64,000 nt of DNA from Sphyrna mokarran (GCA_024679065.1 JAGIQG010000001.1:42222001-42286000), one strand, 5' to 3'; positions 49,450 to 61,100 are shown, numbered from the stretch's first letter. Made by a program: numbers and translations. The notes: a model not told the origin generated them from the sequence alone.

Positions 49450-50130
49450 TTCACATACAAATATACAAGTTAGGAGCAGAAATTAGCCATTCAGCTCCTG
49501 GGGTTGGTCCAATATTCAACAACATTGCAGTTGGTCAGATTGTAATTCTCGATAACTTTACATCCCCTTGTTTATCAAGAATCTAACTACCTCTGCCTTA
49601 AGAATATTCAAAAACTTTGCTCCCTCTGCCTTTTGAGGAAGAGATTCAAGACTCACGAGGAAGTTCCAAGGACCATGACCCTCTGGAGAAAAAAATTCTC
49701 CTCACCTTTGGGAAGGTGATGGCCTCGTGATATTATCATTAGACTATTAATTCAAAAACTCAGCAAATGTTCTACGGACCTGGGTTCGAATCCTGCCACA
49801 GATGGTAGAATTCAAATTCAATAAAAATATATCTGGAATTAAGAGTCTATTGATGACCATGAAACCACTATCGATTGTCAGAAAAACCCATCTAGTTCAC
49901 TAATGCCCTTTAGGGAAGGTAACCTGCTGTCCTTACCTGGTCTGGTCTACATGTGACTCCAGAACTGCAGTAATGTGATTGACTCTCAACTGCCCTTCAA
50001 AGGCAATTAGGGATGGGCAATAAATGCTGGCCAGCTAGTGCCGCCCATGTCCCACGAATAAAAAAAAAATGACTACTTATTTTTAAATAGTGACCCCTGG
50101 TTAAAGATTCTCTCACAAGAGGAATCATCC
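49450..50130 (-). mobile_element. CR1 3' end split by a SINE
   Basis: ttaggagcagaaattagccattcagc...ctctgccttaagaatattc...tttttaaatagtgacccctggttaaagattctctcacaagagg. Confidence 0.8.
49709..50069 (+). mobile_element. Full-length tRNA-derived SINE (29527 family)
   Basis: B box gggttcgaatcc near 49782; tail ggcaattagggatgggcaataaatgctggcc...gaataaaaaaaaa. Confidence 0.9.
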
Positions 50131-50139
50131 TGTCCTGCT

Positions 50140-50325
50140 TGTTCTGGTAGTGGTAAATATGGAATGAACGCTCACCCTGTGCATTAGGAGAACTTTTGAC
50201 TTTTTTCTTGGAAAATGTGCCATGGAATCCCAAACTGGCAAACTGATTATTAATGTTGAATCTGCAACATAATACTTACAACAATGCAGCACGTCTTCAG
50301 TGTTGCACTGAAATGTTAGTCTAAA
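50140..50325 (-). mobile_element. Deu-domain SINE remnant
   Basis: gtgccatggaatc...caatgcagcacgtcttcagtgttgcactgaaatgttagtcta. Confidence 0.55.
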
Positions 50326-50894
50326 TGGTGACACCAAACTGGGAGCAGTGGTCAATACTGAGAAGAATTACAAGAAGACATTGATAAATTTGCAGAATCA
50401 GCATCAATTAATTTGAACACAGCTAAGTGTGAGCTACTACATTTTGGTATAAGAAATAAAGAAATTGCATGTTACTTTAAAAATAAGAATCTAAATTTGG
50501 TGGTGGATTGGGGAGGGGGTGTTGGGGGGGAGGCAGTGGGGGTGTAGTAAATGGGCCTATGAATACACATTGACCACCAAAAGTAGTCATGCATTTTAAT
50601 AAGGTCACAAAAAAGAAAACCAAGCACTAAGATTCATTTCCAGGGGGATAGAATTGAACATTCAATTGAAAAAGGAAACTTGATTAGACCACACTCTGGA
50701 TACTGTGTTACAATTTTATAAAAAGGATACCAAAGCATTGGAGGAGATGCAAAAAAAGTTTCCAAGGTGGTGCCAGAAATACAATGTTATATACTTCCCA
50801 GAAAAGGATGAAGAGGCTGGGGCTCTTTGCTCTTGAAGTATGACCTAGTCTTTAAAATTATGAAGGAGTTTGATCGAGTTAAGACAAAGGGCAG

Positions 50895-51030
50895 GATAAA
50901 AGCAAATTACTGTGGATCTGGAATCTGAAACCAAAAGAAAAAAATGCTGGAAAATCTCAACAGTTCTGGCAGTATCTGTAAGGAAAGAAAAGAGCTGACG
51001 TATTGAGTCCAAATGATCCTTTGTCAAAGA
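50895..51030. mobile_element. Penelope-like-derived repeat half
   Basis: aaaagcaaattactgtggat.tggaatctgaaaccaaaag...aatgctggaaaatctca...gagtcc...tttgtcaaag. Confidence 0.7.
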
Positions 51031-52359
51031 GGACAGGATTTTCATGGTAGTGACAAGAAGGTAAAGTCAGAAAACATTTTAATTAGGCAGACCCATCTGT
51101 TTTATAAAAGCCACTGCCCGCTATATTTTTGTACCGGGAAGGCAGGAAGGAACTAATTTAAGCCTTTCAGATTGCAGGCAAGCTGAAATGTCTGCCCCCT
51201 TTTTCTGAAATATTGGCCCAATTGAAATGATAAATTTGAGATCCTCAAGTCCTCACCCTTCAGCCTGCCAACCAATGCTTCATGCCCTTTCACACCCCTC
51301 ATTGCCCCATATCTACCATGCCCATGCATCTTCCATACCCAATTTCCAAGCATCTACTATGTACAGGGGCAATAAGACATTGGCCAGTCTGATAAGTCTT
51401 TGAGAAAATCCTGAAACAATAAACATAAGCTTTGACAAGATGCTATGAAAGAAAAGACTCAGTTTACAGTCTCTTGAAACTATCAATCATGCACAGCCAT
51501 TCACGATATCAATGTCGCATACTTTTATCAACTTCAGGCTCTTACTCCTGTGTAAATAAACACATATACAGTGCAAAAATTATTCAAAGAAACAGCATAT
51601 AATTTCAAGTTAATAAAGATGTCAAGCAAACAAAGCTTTCCAACTCCTCTGCACTTTATAAACATTGATCGCAGAGATCTAAATGCACTAACCATTCTTG
51701 GAATTCAGTCAGATATTCATAACGAGACCATCTGGCAACTTCATCAACAAAAACAGGCTAAAGCAATGCCTCAATCTGTTGCTTCCTTGAAGAGTATGTG
51801 CATAGGAGAAAGAGGTCTAATGTGCCCCTTCTGAACTTTTTATAAGGACTGGCTGTGATTGACTCATTCTTTACGAGAAGTGAAGTGGAGATGCCGTCAT
51901 TGGACTATAGTGAGCACAGTACGAAATCTCAAACACCAAGTTAAAGTCCAATAGGCTTATTTGGTATTATGAGCTTTTGGAGTGCTGCGAAATCACATGA
52001 TGAAGAATTAGTATTCTGAAAGCTCTTGATACCAAATAAATCTGTTGGACTTTAACATCATGCTGTGAGACTTATTTTTGTGAAAAAGATATGAGGGTTA
52101 CTGTACTTCAATTAGATTGCTAAATGGTTGTTTTGATTTGGTTAACAACATCTCTTAGAGACTTATAGAAGGGGCCCAGCTCCACTGAAACTGCCCATCC
52201 CCACAATTGAGCTTGCACAGGTGGGAGTGCTACATGCAGGATCACTGTCCATACTAGAATAAAATGCCAGAAATAAGTATTGAAGCTGGAATCTTGAAAT
52301 TTGGCCTCTCCCATAATTTTTAGAGCATGAATATGCTCAATGCAGTGAAAATCTAGGTC
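51031..52359. mobile_element. Decayed Harbinger-like non-autonomous element
   Basis: Imperfect TIRs ggacaggattttcat / gtgaaaatctaggtc coincide with the CR1 breakpoints; C/A-rich interior. Confidence 0.5.
51883..52082. mobile_element. Palindromic Penelope-like terminal-repeat element
   Basis: gttaaagtccaataggcttatttggtattatgagcttt pairs with aaagctcttgataccaaataaatctgttggactttaac; central atgatga-agaat tagt attct-gaaa is a hammerhead-like core. Confidence 0.75.
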
Positions 52360-52824
52360 AGAGAATCATTTTACTTGTATGGAGAAGCATAATAAGAGGC
52401 CAACAATTTAAGATAGCCACCAAGAGATCAAATCAGGAAAAATCTTTTTTACCCAGAAGGTGGCGAAATGTGGAATTTGCTACCATATGGAGTGGTTGAG
52501 GCAAATAATATAGATGCATTCAAGCATACAAGAAAGAAGTGAATACTGAAAGATTTGAGCAGAAAGAATTGGAAGTGGCTTAAGTGGGACATTAGTATTG
52601 GCAGGACTAGTTGGGACAAGTGGTCCATTTTCTGCTATATATTCGGGTGTGCCAGCTGAAATGATGCCTTGAACTGCTGGAGAATTAGATGAAAGGGATT
52701 CTGGAGAAATCAAATGATTCAGCAGAAATTCAGAATGAAATCTATTAAGTACATGGGATATCTATTGTGGTTCAGAACCAAATTAGAGTGTTTTTAGTCA
52801 TGAAGCTATCAAGTCTTTTATGGG

Positions 52825-52945
52825 TTTTTTTATTTGTTCATAGGATATGGACAACACCGGCATGGTTAACATGTACTGACCATCCCTCAGTGCGCTCGAG
52901 AAGCTGTTAGTGAGTTGCCTTCTTGAATAGCTGTAACCTTGATGG
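52825..52945 (-). mobile_element. L2/CR1-group LINE 3' end
   Basis: ccatccctcagtgcgctcgagaag...gtgagttgccttcttgaa. Confidence 0.65.
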
Positions 52946-53149
52946 TGAAGCTGGGTAACTATTACCAATGGATCTGCCAAATTGCAGTTTTGCATGATGG
53001 TTGGTGGTGAATATAAGCCACAGAGTGAGGAATCTAAATGACTGACAAAAGCAAGTACGCCAACACAACACTGATGGTTCAAAGCACAAATTTGAAAACA
53101 ATGTTTAAAAAAAATCTCATCAGGCCTCAAAGAGCTGCTCCAAATTACC

Positions 53150-54330
53150 ATTAGAAAAACAGGAAATTCTCTTTGCTAACAGCTCATTCCAGGCAGTCTC
53201 ATTCACACTGCTATAAATGACTGACAGTAAAATTGGCCATTGAAAAATTTCATGGGATTTTCAGATAACCGATTTGTCCCATTTTTACCTCAGACCTTGA
53301 AATGATACTCATCCCTCGCGATGCCACATCTGGTTCTTTGCGGTTATGGCTGCTACTAAACAAATGCTACAAGCCCAATTCTCAATTGTGTGAAAGTTGT
53401 AAATAGCCTTTTGGCATTGTAGCAGTTTTGAAAAGCAAGTCCCATATTCACAAATGGATAATTTAAGCCGTAAAAACTCATGACTGTAATCAAACATGTT
53501 TTTTTTGTCGAAGCCTCGATGTGACAAATTATTACCAGCAGAAGCGCTTAAGCTGAGGAGTTAGTGTACAGAAGCGATGCTCAAGTGATCTCTTTGTCAC
53601 CTTAATTAAAAATGGTGATGGCAGCAAAATGTTCCAAGAGGGAGGACTGACATCAGACCTGCTTTCGTAATGTTACCTTGTGGTGAAGACTTGTCTGATT
53701 ACTATTGTTCCTGAATAAACAGAAGGCCACACTGTTGCCTAGCAACTGACCAAGTACTTGCCTAGTGAAGTTAAGTGACAAAGGCAAAAGGATGATGTGT
53801 GTAATTTCTTTGAACCAATGTGGACCACGCACATTCCTGTCACTCTCATCTAATTGGTGGTTTTACAAAATGTGCACAAGCATAAAGAAACTATTTCACT
53901 TCCTCATCTATTATGAAAGACACTGATTAAATCCGGAGCTGAGTGCGTCTGTCCAAGCTTAATAAGTATATTTAACCCCTCTGAATACAGGTGCCCTTTG
54001 ACATAACTTTTCTGGCTAAAATTCCCCGCAAACCTATTGCACCAGCAGTGCATGCCACGATAAAATGAAAAGGAATCTTATCATCTGTGAATGAAAAATA
54101 TCGATAAAACCACAGGCTGATTTGAAGAAATAGATGTGTGTACATGCATAGATTTAAAAAAAATGTTTGGCTGGTATTGATTTGACGTAATGGCTGCCGT
54201 CTGGTTTGGTGTGATAATGATGGCATGATATAATTTTCTTTTAAAGAGGTCAACTATAAAATTACCAGGCTTAGACCGCTCCTCCAGATCCAAAAAAAAA
54301 TCAGTGAAAGAGAAAAACCATAAACCAAAT
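53150..54330. promoter_or_regulatory. Repeat-free island, candidate enhancer cluster with an RFX X-box
   Basis: GTTGCCTAGCAAC at 53734-53746, Meis tgacag at 53222, cgtaaaa/gataaaa Hox-Cdx-like cores, retained CpGs. Confidence 0.4.
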
Positions 54331-54439
54331 TAAATCATCTTAAAATAGGAGCAGTTGTTAAAGAACTTACCACAGTAAGAAAACAAAGTCATATTCTCTC
54401 ACATCACAAGGATATGTGTTTTATCTGCATGCATTCAAG

Positions 54440-54622
54440 AACTGGCTAGATATATTCAAGAGGTGGGTAGATTTAGCACTTGGGTGAATGGGATTAAAGA
54501 TCATGGGGAGAAAGCAGGATTAAGCTATTGAGTTGGACGATCAGCCATGATTGTGATGAATGGCAGAGCAAGCTGGAAGGGCCAAATGGCCTCCCTCTGC
54601 TCCTATCTTCTATGCTGCTATG
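54440..54622 (+). mobile_element. CR1 3' UTR
   Basis: gatcagccatgattgtgatgaatggcagagca...gggccaaatggcctc...gctcctat. Confidence 0.8.
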
Positions 54623-54924
54623 ATTGTGTTATTCCTCCATGTCACTACGGATAAAAACTGTAAATCTTTGAGTACAAGTACTCTGTTGTAGAATACGCAC
54701 TTTCTGGGACTCAGTTGAAATTGTTGGCATAAGCTGCTTGTACAGCTGCTTTCACAAGGCCGATAGTGCAGCAGAAATGCTTAAAATAGCGACTAAGCTG
54801 AGGTTAATGGCAATAGATCTATTTAGAATGTGTTAGCGATGACTACATCTTCTTTATGAGAAGATTTAGTCATCGCTATAATTCGAAGAACTTCCCACAA
54901 AGAAGCTGAACGTAAATAGATACC

Positions 54925-55055
54925 AGCCAGAATGTTATCATTGTTCACACTGATGGGATTTTCCCATCCCGCTGCAGTGAACAGAGATTTGGCTGGGCAC
55001 CCAATTCTCCAACCTCACTGCTCGCTGGTAGGAATGGCCATTAAGGTTGTATCCC
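54925..55055. mobile_element. Short MITE
   Basis: cccatcccgctgcagtgaa...ccaattctcc is the reverse of the interior of 32628-32757. Confidence 0.55.
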
Positions 55056-55577
55056 CTGTCTTTTTTTCCTCCCAAGTGCTGTTGGAAAGCTTGGCAGTGA
55101 GTGGCAGAAATTAGGAGCTAGGAGTCAGTAGTAAGAAAGTTGATTATATCTGGCAAAGGTACATTCAGGTCTTTCGCACATCCAGGGAATTGAGGGAAAA
55201 TACATTTTCAGTTGTGTAACATGCTATATTCGATGATGGGGTGGGGGATTCTCTGGCCTTCCTGCGGCATATTTCCCATCGTGAGAGATAATGCACCACT
55301 TGTTGCTGGTGGGATCTACTGGTCGCAGCACTGTCAGTGAGTTTTCCCACTTTAACAGAGCTGTACAAAATAAAAATAACAATTCTAAATGCTTTCTATT
55401 ACAAAATATGATCAGAATTCATCTACACTTGCTACACTGCACAAAGATGATATTGCTTCTAAAGACACCAAACTAATTTTCATTGGTACTGAAATAATCA
55501 CATTTAATTATAATCTCTTGTGACAAATGGAAACAAATTACATCTTTACATTTGAAATGTAAAAAAAGGTACTGGGT

Positions 55578-56532
55578 TGTAATGAAATTTCTGAGGTGTG
55601 TCACACATGAGTGTATGAAGTGACTAAGAGGCTATGATCCTTTGTTTTTGAAAATAACTTTCAACTGACTGCAAATTTTGCAATTTAAACTGAGATGTGG
55701 CAAACTAGTTACAAGTACAAGGCGAAGGCAAGAAATCAAAAATCCCACTTAAGGAGAATGTGGAGAGAGAGAGAGAGACATTCCCTGTATTCCTGATACC
55801 CATCAAAACTCATAGCCGTATAGAGAAGAGAGATTATATATAAAGCACTGGATAATGAAACAATGGCCACCAGAGGCAGATACCCAAAACCTCTTGGAAA
55901 TACACAATGGTTAAAGTATTTCAAAGAAATGCTATCCAGCTACTAAATAGAGATTGCAAGTGACACACATGGTGTCCAGAAAGTCTCCAACAGAGAAACA
56001 AGCTGTGAGCTATATGTTCTCACCCTCTCTTTTAGTATAAACATGTCACCTCGTTTGAGAAGACAACTCTACCAGGAAACATACCAGCTAACTGAGATCT
56101 CATAATAATTGCAGTATTTTCCACTGCATCCAAAAAGCCAGCTAATCTAAATTGGATGCAATCTATAAATCCAAGACAATCAAAGGACACTTAACCATAT
56201 ATATTCTTAAACCTTTGAGTTTATTGGACACCCCTTATTTCTGAACTGAGCGTGTGTGTTTGTGTGGCCCCTAATGATTGCATGAGGGTAGAATGCTTAC
56301 ATTACAGTTTTATTATTTTTTCAGATTTAGTAATTTATAAATTTGCTCTTTCACTCAAGGAAACCTTGTTCGATTGATTCCCTGTTGTTCACAGCTTAAA
56401 TAGTGAAATGAATTCTGATTTGGGAAAAGTACATCCTCAGTAGAAAGGTTTCAAATAGAAACCTTTGTTGTGGCCAACTGAGGAAGTTGAATAGAGGGGA
56501 GCCTGTTCATCCCTTATCATCTGGTGATCGCA
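55578..56532 (+). mobile_element. Probable solo LTR
   Basis: About 950 bp TG...CA unit with TATA-like, (tg)n and T-rich segments, ending gagggggagcctgttcatccc...ctggtgatcgca like recalled shark LTR ends. No clean TSD. Confidence 0.4.
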
Positions 56533-56649
56533 GAGATGAATGAACAAGGTTTTAACATAAACTGAATTGGGAATGTGCAGTATGTTTTCAAATCTTGTAA
56601 AAAAAAAATCGACGCTGGCACCCCAAGTAAATCTGACAGGCTCGCACTA

Positions 56650-56862
56650 ATCACTTCTCAGCTTTTTGGCCAAGATTAAGCATCGGATCAAGCCAAGAAG
56701 GGGTGCAATGCCTCATCTTGTCAGCATGGATCTCATTTGTCTCCCTTGTGGGGACCTTGAATTGAATTCAATTGGGTTTTGAATTTGGTTTTTGAAGCAA
56801 GCAAATAATGGATTTGGCCTTGCTGGGTTCACTCCGAGCATTGGTTTTGTAATTTTAAAAAA
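56650..56862 (+). pseudogene. U2 snRNA-derived element (remodelled; candidate SINEU-like retroposon)
   Basis: atcacttctcagctttttggccaagattaag matches U2 nt 1-31 (ATCGCTTCTCGGCCTTTTGGCTAAGATCAAG) at 26/31, all mismatches transitions. Downstream are colinear remnants of stem IIa/IIb, an Sm-site-like ggtttttgaag, and cactcc..gcat. Confidence 0.75.
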
Positions 56863-56892
56863 CTGCACAAAATAAGAAGCCAGCAACAGTAC

Positions 56893-57040
56893 CATAGAAA
56901 CTAACAGCAGGAATAGGCTATTCGGCCCTTCGAGTCTGTTCCTCCAAGCATTTTGATCATGGTTGATCATCAAATTCAACATCCTGATCCCATCTTTCCT
57001 TCATATCCCTTTATCCCTTTAGCCCCAAGAGCTATATCCA
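56893..57040 (-). mobile_element. CR1 3' end
   Basis: catagaaact..gcaggaataggctattcggcccttcgagtctg...ccctttagccccaagagctatatc. Confidence 0.85.
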
Positions 57041-58249
57041 ATATAGAAACATACAACCTTGTCTGACTTCATTAGGTCCTTTGCTGCCAAGGAATCATCT
57101 AGAGAGATGAATGAGCATCTCAGAAACAAAAGCAAAAACCATGAGGAATAAAAGTTAGAAAATAGAGTTCATGATTTAGATTTGGTCAATTGTATTTGTG
57201 CCAGAAGAAAATGGGCGTACCCATCTAATCCTGCTTTCCAACTGTTGGTCTGACATGCACCAGGGAGATCTCAGATCACCTGCTGGCACCGTAACCAGGT
57301 GCATGCCCAGCTGTATCTTCTGTAAAGATCAGATGTACATTGTGGCACTTCAAATGCATGTAGAAGTACTTTTTAACTAGACTGATGGCTTTGGAAAATG
57401 AATTTCAGACCCCACAATTCTCCAGGTGAAAATGATTCTCCAAAACTCCCCTTTAATCCTCTGCCAATTATTTTAAATCAATGAATCCTTGTCACTGACC
57501 TCTCTGTTCAGAGAAATCAGTCATTTCAGGCTGACATAATCTCATTGAAACCTTCGTTTCAAAGAGAACCAACCCAACTTATCAAACCAAGGCTAAAATT
57601 CTCTATTTCTGGTTACATCTTTGTAAATCTCCTTTGTATCTCCTCAATATGCAATCACAGGCATCCCATAATGGGTTGAACATACACAGTACCCGAGCTG
57701 GAACTTTTAGGCACGACATCCCTGCTCTTATCACTTATTCTTCGGAATGTATCCCACATGCTTTCTTAAACATCTTGGCAACGATCTTCCAAGCTCATTC
57801 GTGGTGTATGCAAATCCCATTATGGCCACTAACTCTCGCGAGATGGCCATTATGGAATTTGTGCCAGGAAGATCTCAGAATCCGATTTTCCCCACCAACC
57901 ACCAGTGACATAATCAGGTTCATGCCTGTTGTATCTTCTGGGCACATCAGAGGTTTCTTCCCCTTCCCCATCCCCCACCATTGATGGAAATTACTACTGC
58001 TCTCAAGCAGTTGAAATGACTATGCCAGGGCTGTGGAGGCCAGTGTAGCTGCCAGGTGGTGAGGGGCATGGCAGAGCAGTGCCAACTTTTAAAACTGGTG
58101 TCCCAATCTCTGTGGAGCCGGGCTTTGCTGGCAGCTTTAATCTCCACTCCTCACAATGACAGTGCAAACATCCTCCTGCTTTAAGTTGGTAAACTGTCAC
58201 AAGATCTGGACAGAAAACATGCCTGTCTGTCTGAGGAGAAATATTCCAT

Positions 58250-58360
58250 GACGGAGCTTGTCAAATGTCCATATCAACTACATCAAGCAGTCTGCCTTCA
58301 ATGACACTTCTTGCCATCTCTTCAAAATATTCATTCACTGGCAATTCCATCATCTCCTTC
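58250..58360 (-). mobile_element. Very old CR1 RT remnant
   Basis: Minus reading FEEMARSVIEGRLLDVVDMD resembles FEEVTxxIDEGxAVDVVYMD. Confidence 0.55.
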
Positions 58361-59351
58361 ACTACAAATATAGCAATGTAAGGAGGATATTAAACATACC
58401 GTTTAATGTGAACTATTATGAAGTCTTTCCTGCTATCACAGGCAATGCTAATTTATTCTCTAATGTCCACCAGAGATATCAGTCTCATTTTCTTTTGAAT
58501 TCCCCTTCTGCTGAAGTCACCATTTCCCAGTTGAGTACAGTTCTATATGCATTAGTAGCCTTACCCAAATGGCTATCTTTAAATATGAGCCTGGAATATT
58601 TGAACATTTAACAAGCCTATCACAAGGATCAAGCATGTGTCTGTATATAATAGTTCATCCCTAGACAATGCACCAAGCACGAAAGCAACTGGAGCAGAAC
58701 CAAACCTAAAGGCTCCACAATCTTGCTTCACCACTGTAACAATGGTTGAGTTTGATTTCTGTTAAACTTTACAATTACATATCTCCCCTGTCAGAATCCC
58801 CAGAATCAGACTATTCATCTGAATGTAGTAGTAACCTGCATCAGCGAAGCTAAGGTGCTCACTTATGGCAGTGTTGCCTAAAGGAAGTGCCAGCAATTTT
58901 GGCTGGAAAATAACAAATCGATTGCAAATAGGCAACTATTCCTCAATTAGCTTCTGCAAAAAAATCAAAGCCTTTCTCATTTCCCATCCATTTACAGTAC
59001 TTTGGTCAGTAAAGTTATCCAGTACATTGGAGGTAACAGTGGTGGGAGTGGAAATTTGTTTACCTTGTAATTCCACCAGTCCCAGCTCTAATCTGCTAAG
59101 TACCTTTTAAAGGCTAGACAAAGAACTGCCCACTTCAGCTTTTTCCTCTTCCTGTATGAAAGACTGAACATAACAGATCCCAATTCTGTCACAGTCACCC
59201 CTACAGCAACGACAGGGTTTGAAAGCAAAAATAATTTTTCTCAAGAATGCAAGCAACATCAGAAAGTAATTTCTTGGTGTTACAAGAAATATTTTTCACA
59301 ATTATTTATTTATGCTGAGTTCACAATTTCCTCTTGATGGTTGCTGAATGA

Positions 59352-59757
59352 ACACAGAATCACACAATGCAGAAGATGCCCTTTGGCCTATTGAGTCTGC
59401 ATCAACACATGAAAAGCGCCTGATCTACCTACCTAATCCCATTTATCAGCATTTGGCCCACAGCCTGGAATGTTATGACGTGTCAAGTGCTCATCCAGGT
59501 ACTTTTTAAAGCATCTGAGACAACTTGCCTCCATCATCCTCCCACTCTAGATTGTTACCACCCTCTGGGTAAAAACATTATTCCTCATATCCTCCCCAAA
59601 GCTCCTGCCCTCATCTTGAACTTGTCCTCCTCACGGCTGACCCTTTAGCCAAAGGGAATAGCTTCTCATTATTAACTTTGCCCATGCCCCTCATAATCTT
59701 ATACACTTCGATTAGGCTGCCCTTCAGTCTTCTCTGCTGTAAAGAAGACAACAGCAG
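59352..59757 (-). mobile_element. CR1/HER1 3' end
   Basis: cacagaatcacacaatgcagaag...ccaccctctgggtaaaa...catgcccctcataatcttatacac. Confidence 0.85.
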
Positions 59758-59759
59758 CG

Positions 59760-60095
59760 GTTACAAGCTACAAAATGCACAACAGCAACTTGACAACCAG
59801 CCTCAATGGCACTTCCAAACTCACGACTTCTGTGTCGACAGGAGCAAGACACAAGATGTATGGGAAGACACTGCAAATACCACTTTAAGTCGCAAATCAT
59901 TCTGATTTCTAAATATATATCATTGTTTCTTCATTGTCGCTAAGTCCTGAAGCTCCTTCACTAAAAACAGTGTTGGTGTACCTATAGCTCATGGATTGCA
60001 GTGGTTCAAGAAGGTGACTTAGTTAAGGGCAATTAGAGCATGTGATAAATGTTGGCTTTTTCAATAACGCCCACACCTTATGAACAAATAAAAAA
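59760..60095 (+). mobile_element. L2/CR1-group LINE 3' end
   Basis: caaaatgcacaacagcaact...gcacttccaaac...ggattgcagtggttcaagaagg...agggcaattag. Confidence 0.8.
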
Positions 60096-60171
60096 ATTCT
60101 TACTCATAACATTCTGCCCAAAGATGAAAGTATTATCACCAAGCTAAACATCTGAAATGTAGCAATGATAG

Positions 60172-60528
60172 GATTTTTTTTTAATCATTCATTGGACATG
60201 GGCATCACTGGCTGATCAACATTTATTGCTCATCCTTAGTTGCCCAAATGCATTTGACAGTCAACCACAATGCTGTGGCTCTGGAGTTACATAGAGGCCA
60301 GGTAGGGTAAGGTCAGTAGATTTCCCTCCCTAAAGGACATTAGTGAATCAGATGGGTTTTTCCGACAAGCGACAATGGTTGCATCATCAGCAGCAGATTT
60401 TTAATTCCAGGTTTTTTTTTATTGAATTCAAATTCCACCATGGCTGCATTTAAAACCAGATTCTCAGAACATTGGCTGGGTTTCTGGATTAATGGTCTAG
60501 CGCTAAAACACTAAGCCACCACCTCCCC
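60172..60528 (-). mobile_element. tRNA-derived SINE (29527 family)
   Basis: catttattgctcatcc...ggacattagtgaatcagatggg...ctggattaatggtctag...cacctcccc. Confidence 0.88.
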
Positions 60529-60734
60529 TAGTAAGTACAATGTACCTATTATCTATGAACGAAGGCAAACGACTGCAGAGAGAGCAGCCACAATATATAG
60601 ACCAATATGGCTCAGAAGACTGTCTAGGCTGGGACTGAATAAAAATGTAATAGCAATAGGAAACCTTATAAAATGTGGAATAGATAGTTTCCTCTGCAGT
60701 CAACATAAAACTCAGCATCAAGTAGAGGCTATCT

Positions 60735-61100
60735 CATGACAGCTAGGGAGGAACTTGGAAAGGAAGGGGTAAATTCAATTTCCTTGGTCCATGTTGGGAC
60801 AGGGTCTGAGGTCCTGCTGGAAGAGTATCGGGAGTTAGACTCTAAGTTAAAAAGCAGGATCTTGAGGGTGAATAAACATCATTTCTTGATTATTGTTTGA
60901 GCTAAATGCAAATGATAATAAGAGCAGACAGATCTGCAGAATGAACGTGTAGCCGAAAGGCTGTTTTGGGAAAGAGGGGTTCCTTTTCATAGGGAACTAC
61001 TACCAGTGCTGTGAAAGGCAGAAGTCGTATCGGTGGACTAAAATCCACTCGAGCCAGGATTGGACCCACACTCTAGCAAAAGGAATAATTAGAGAGGTGG
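60735..61100 (+). pseudogene. CR1 ORF1p SGNH-esterase domain relic
   Basis: Frameshifted reading ..LVHVGT..EVLLEEYRELDSKLKSR..RQICRMNV..GKEGFLF..YRW..IH....THTLA matches the CR1 ORF1 esterase blocks (VHxGTND, DGLHLN). Confidence 0.7.

Larger units (their letters stand above)
50326..52640 (+). mobile_element. CR1 LINE 3' portion split into 50326-50885 and 52360-52640 by nested elements
   Basis: Homologous to 21935-23055: ..ttatgaaggagtttgatcgagt | agagaatc...gcataataagaggcc...aagatagccacc. Confidence 0.7.

Noticed and set aside
55864-55879. CTCF-like tggccaccagaggcag
   Set aside because: Lacks one G of the AGRKGGC core and lies in a probable LTR
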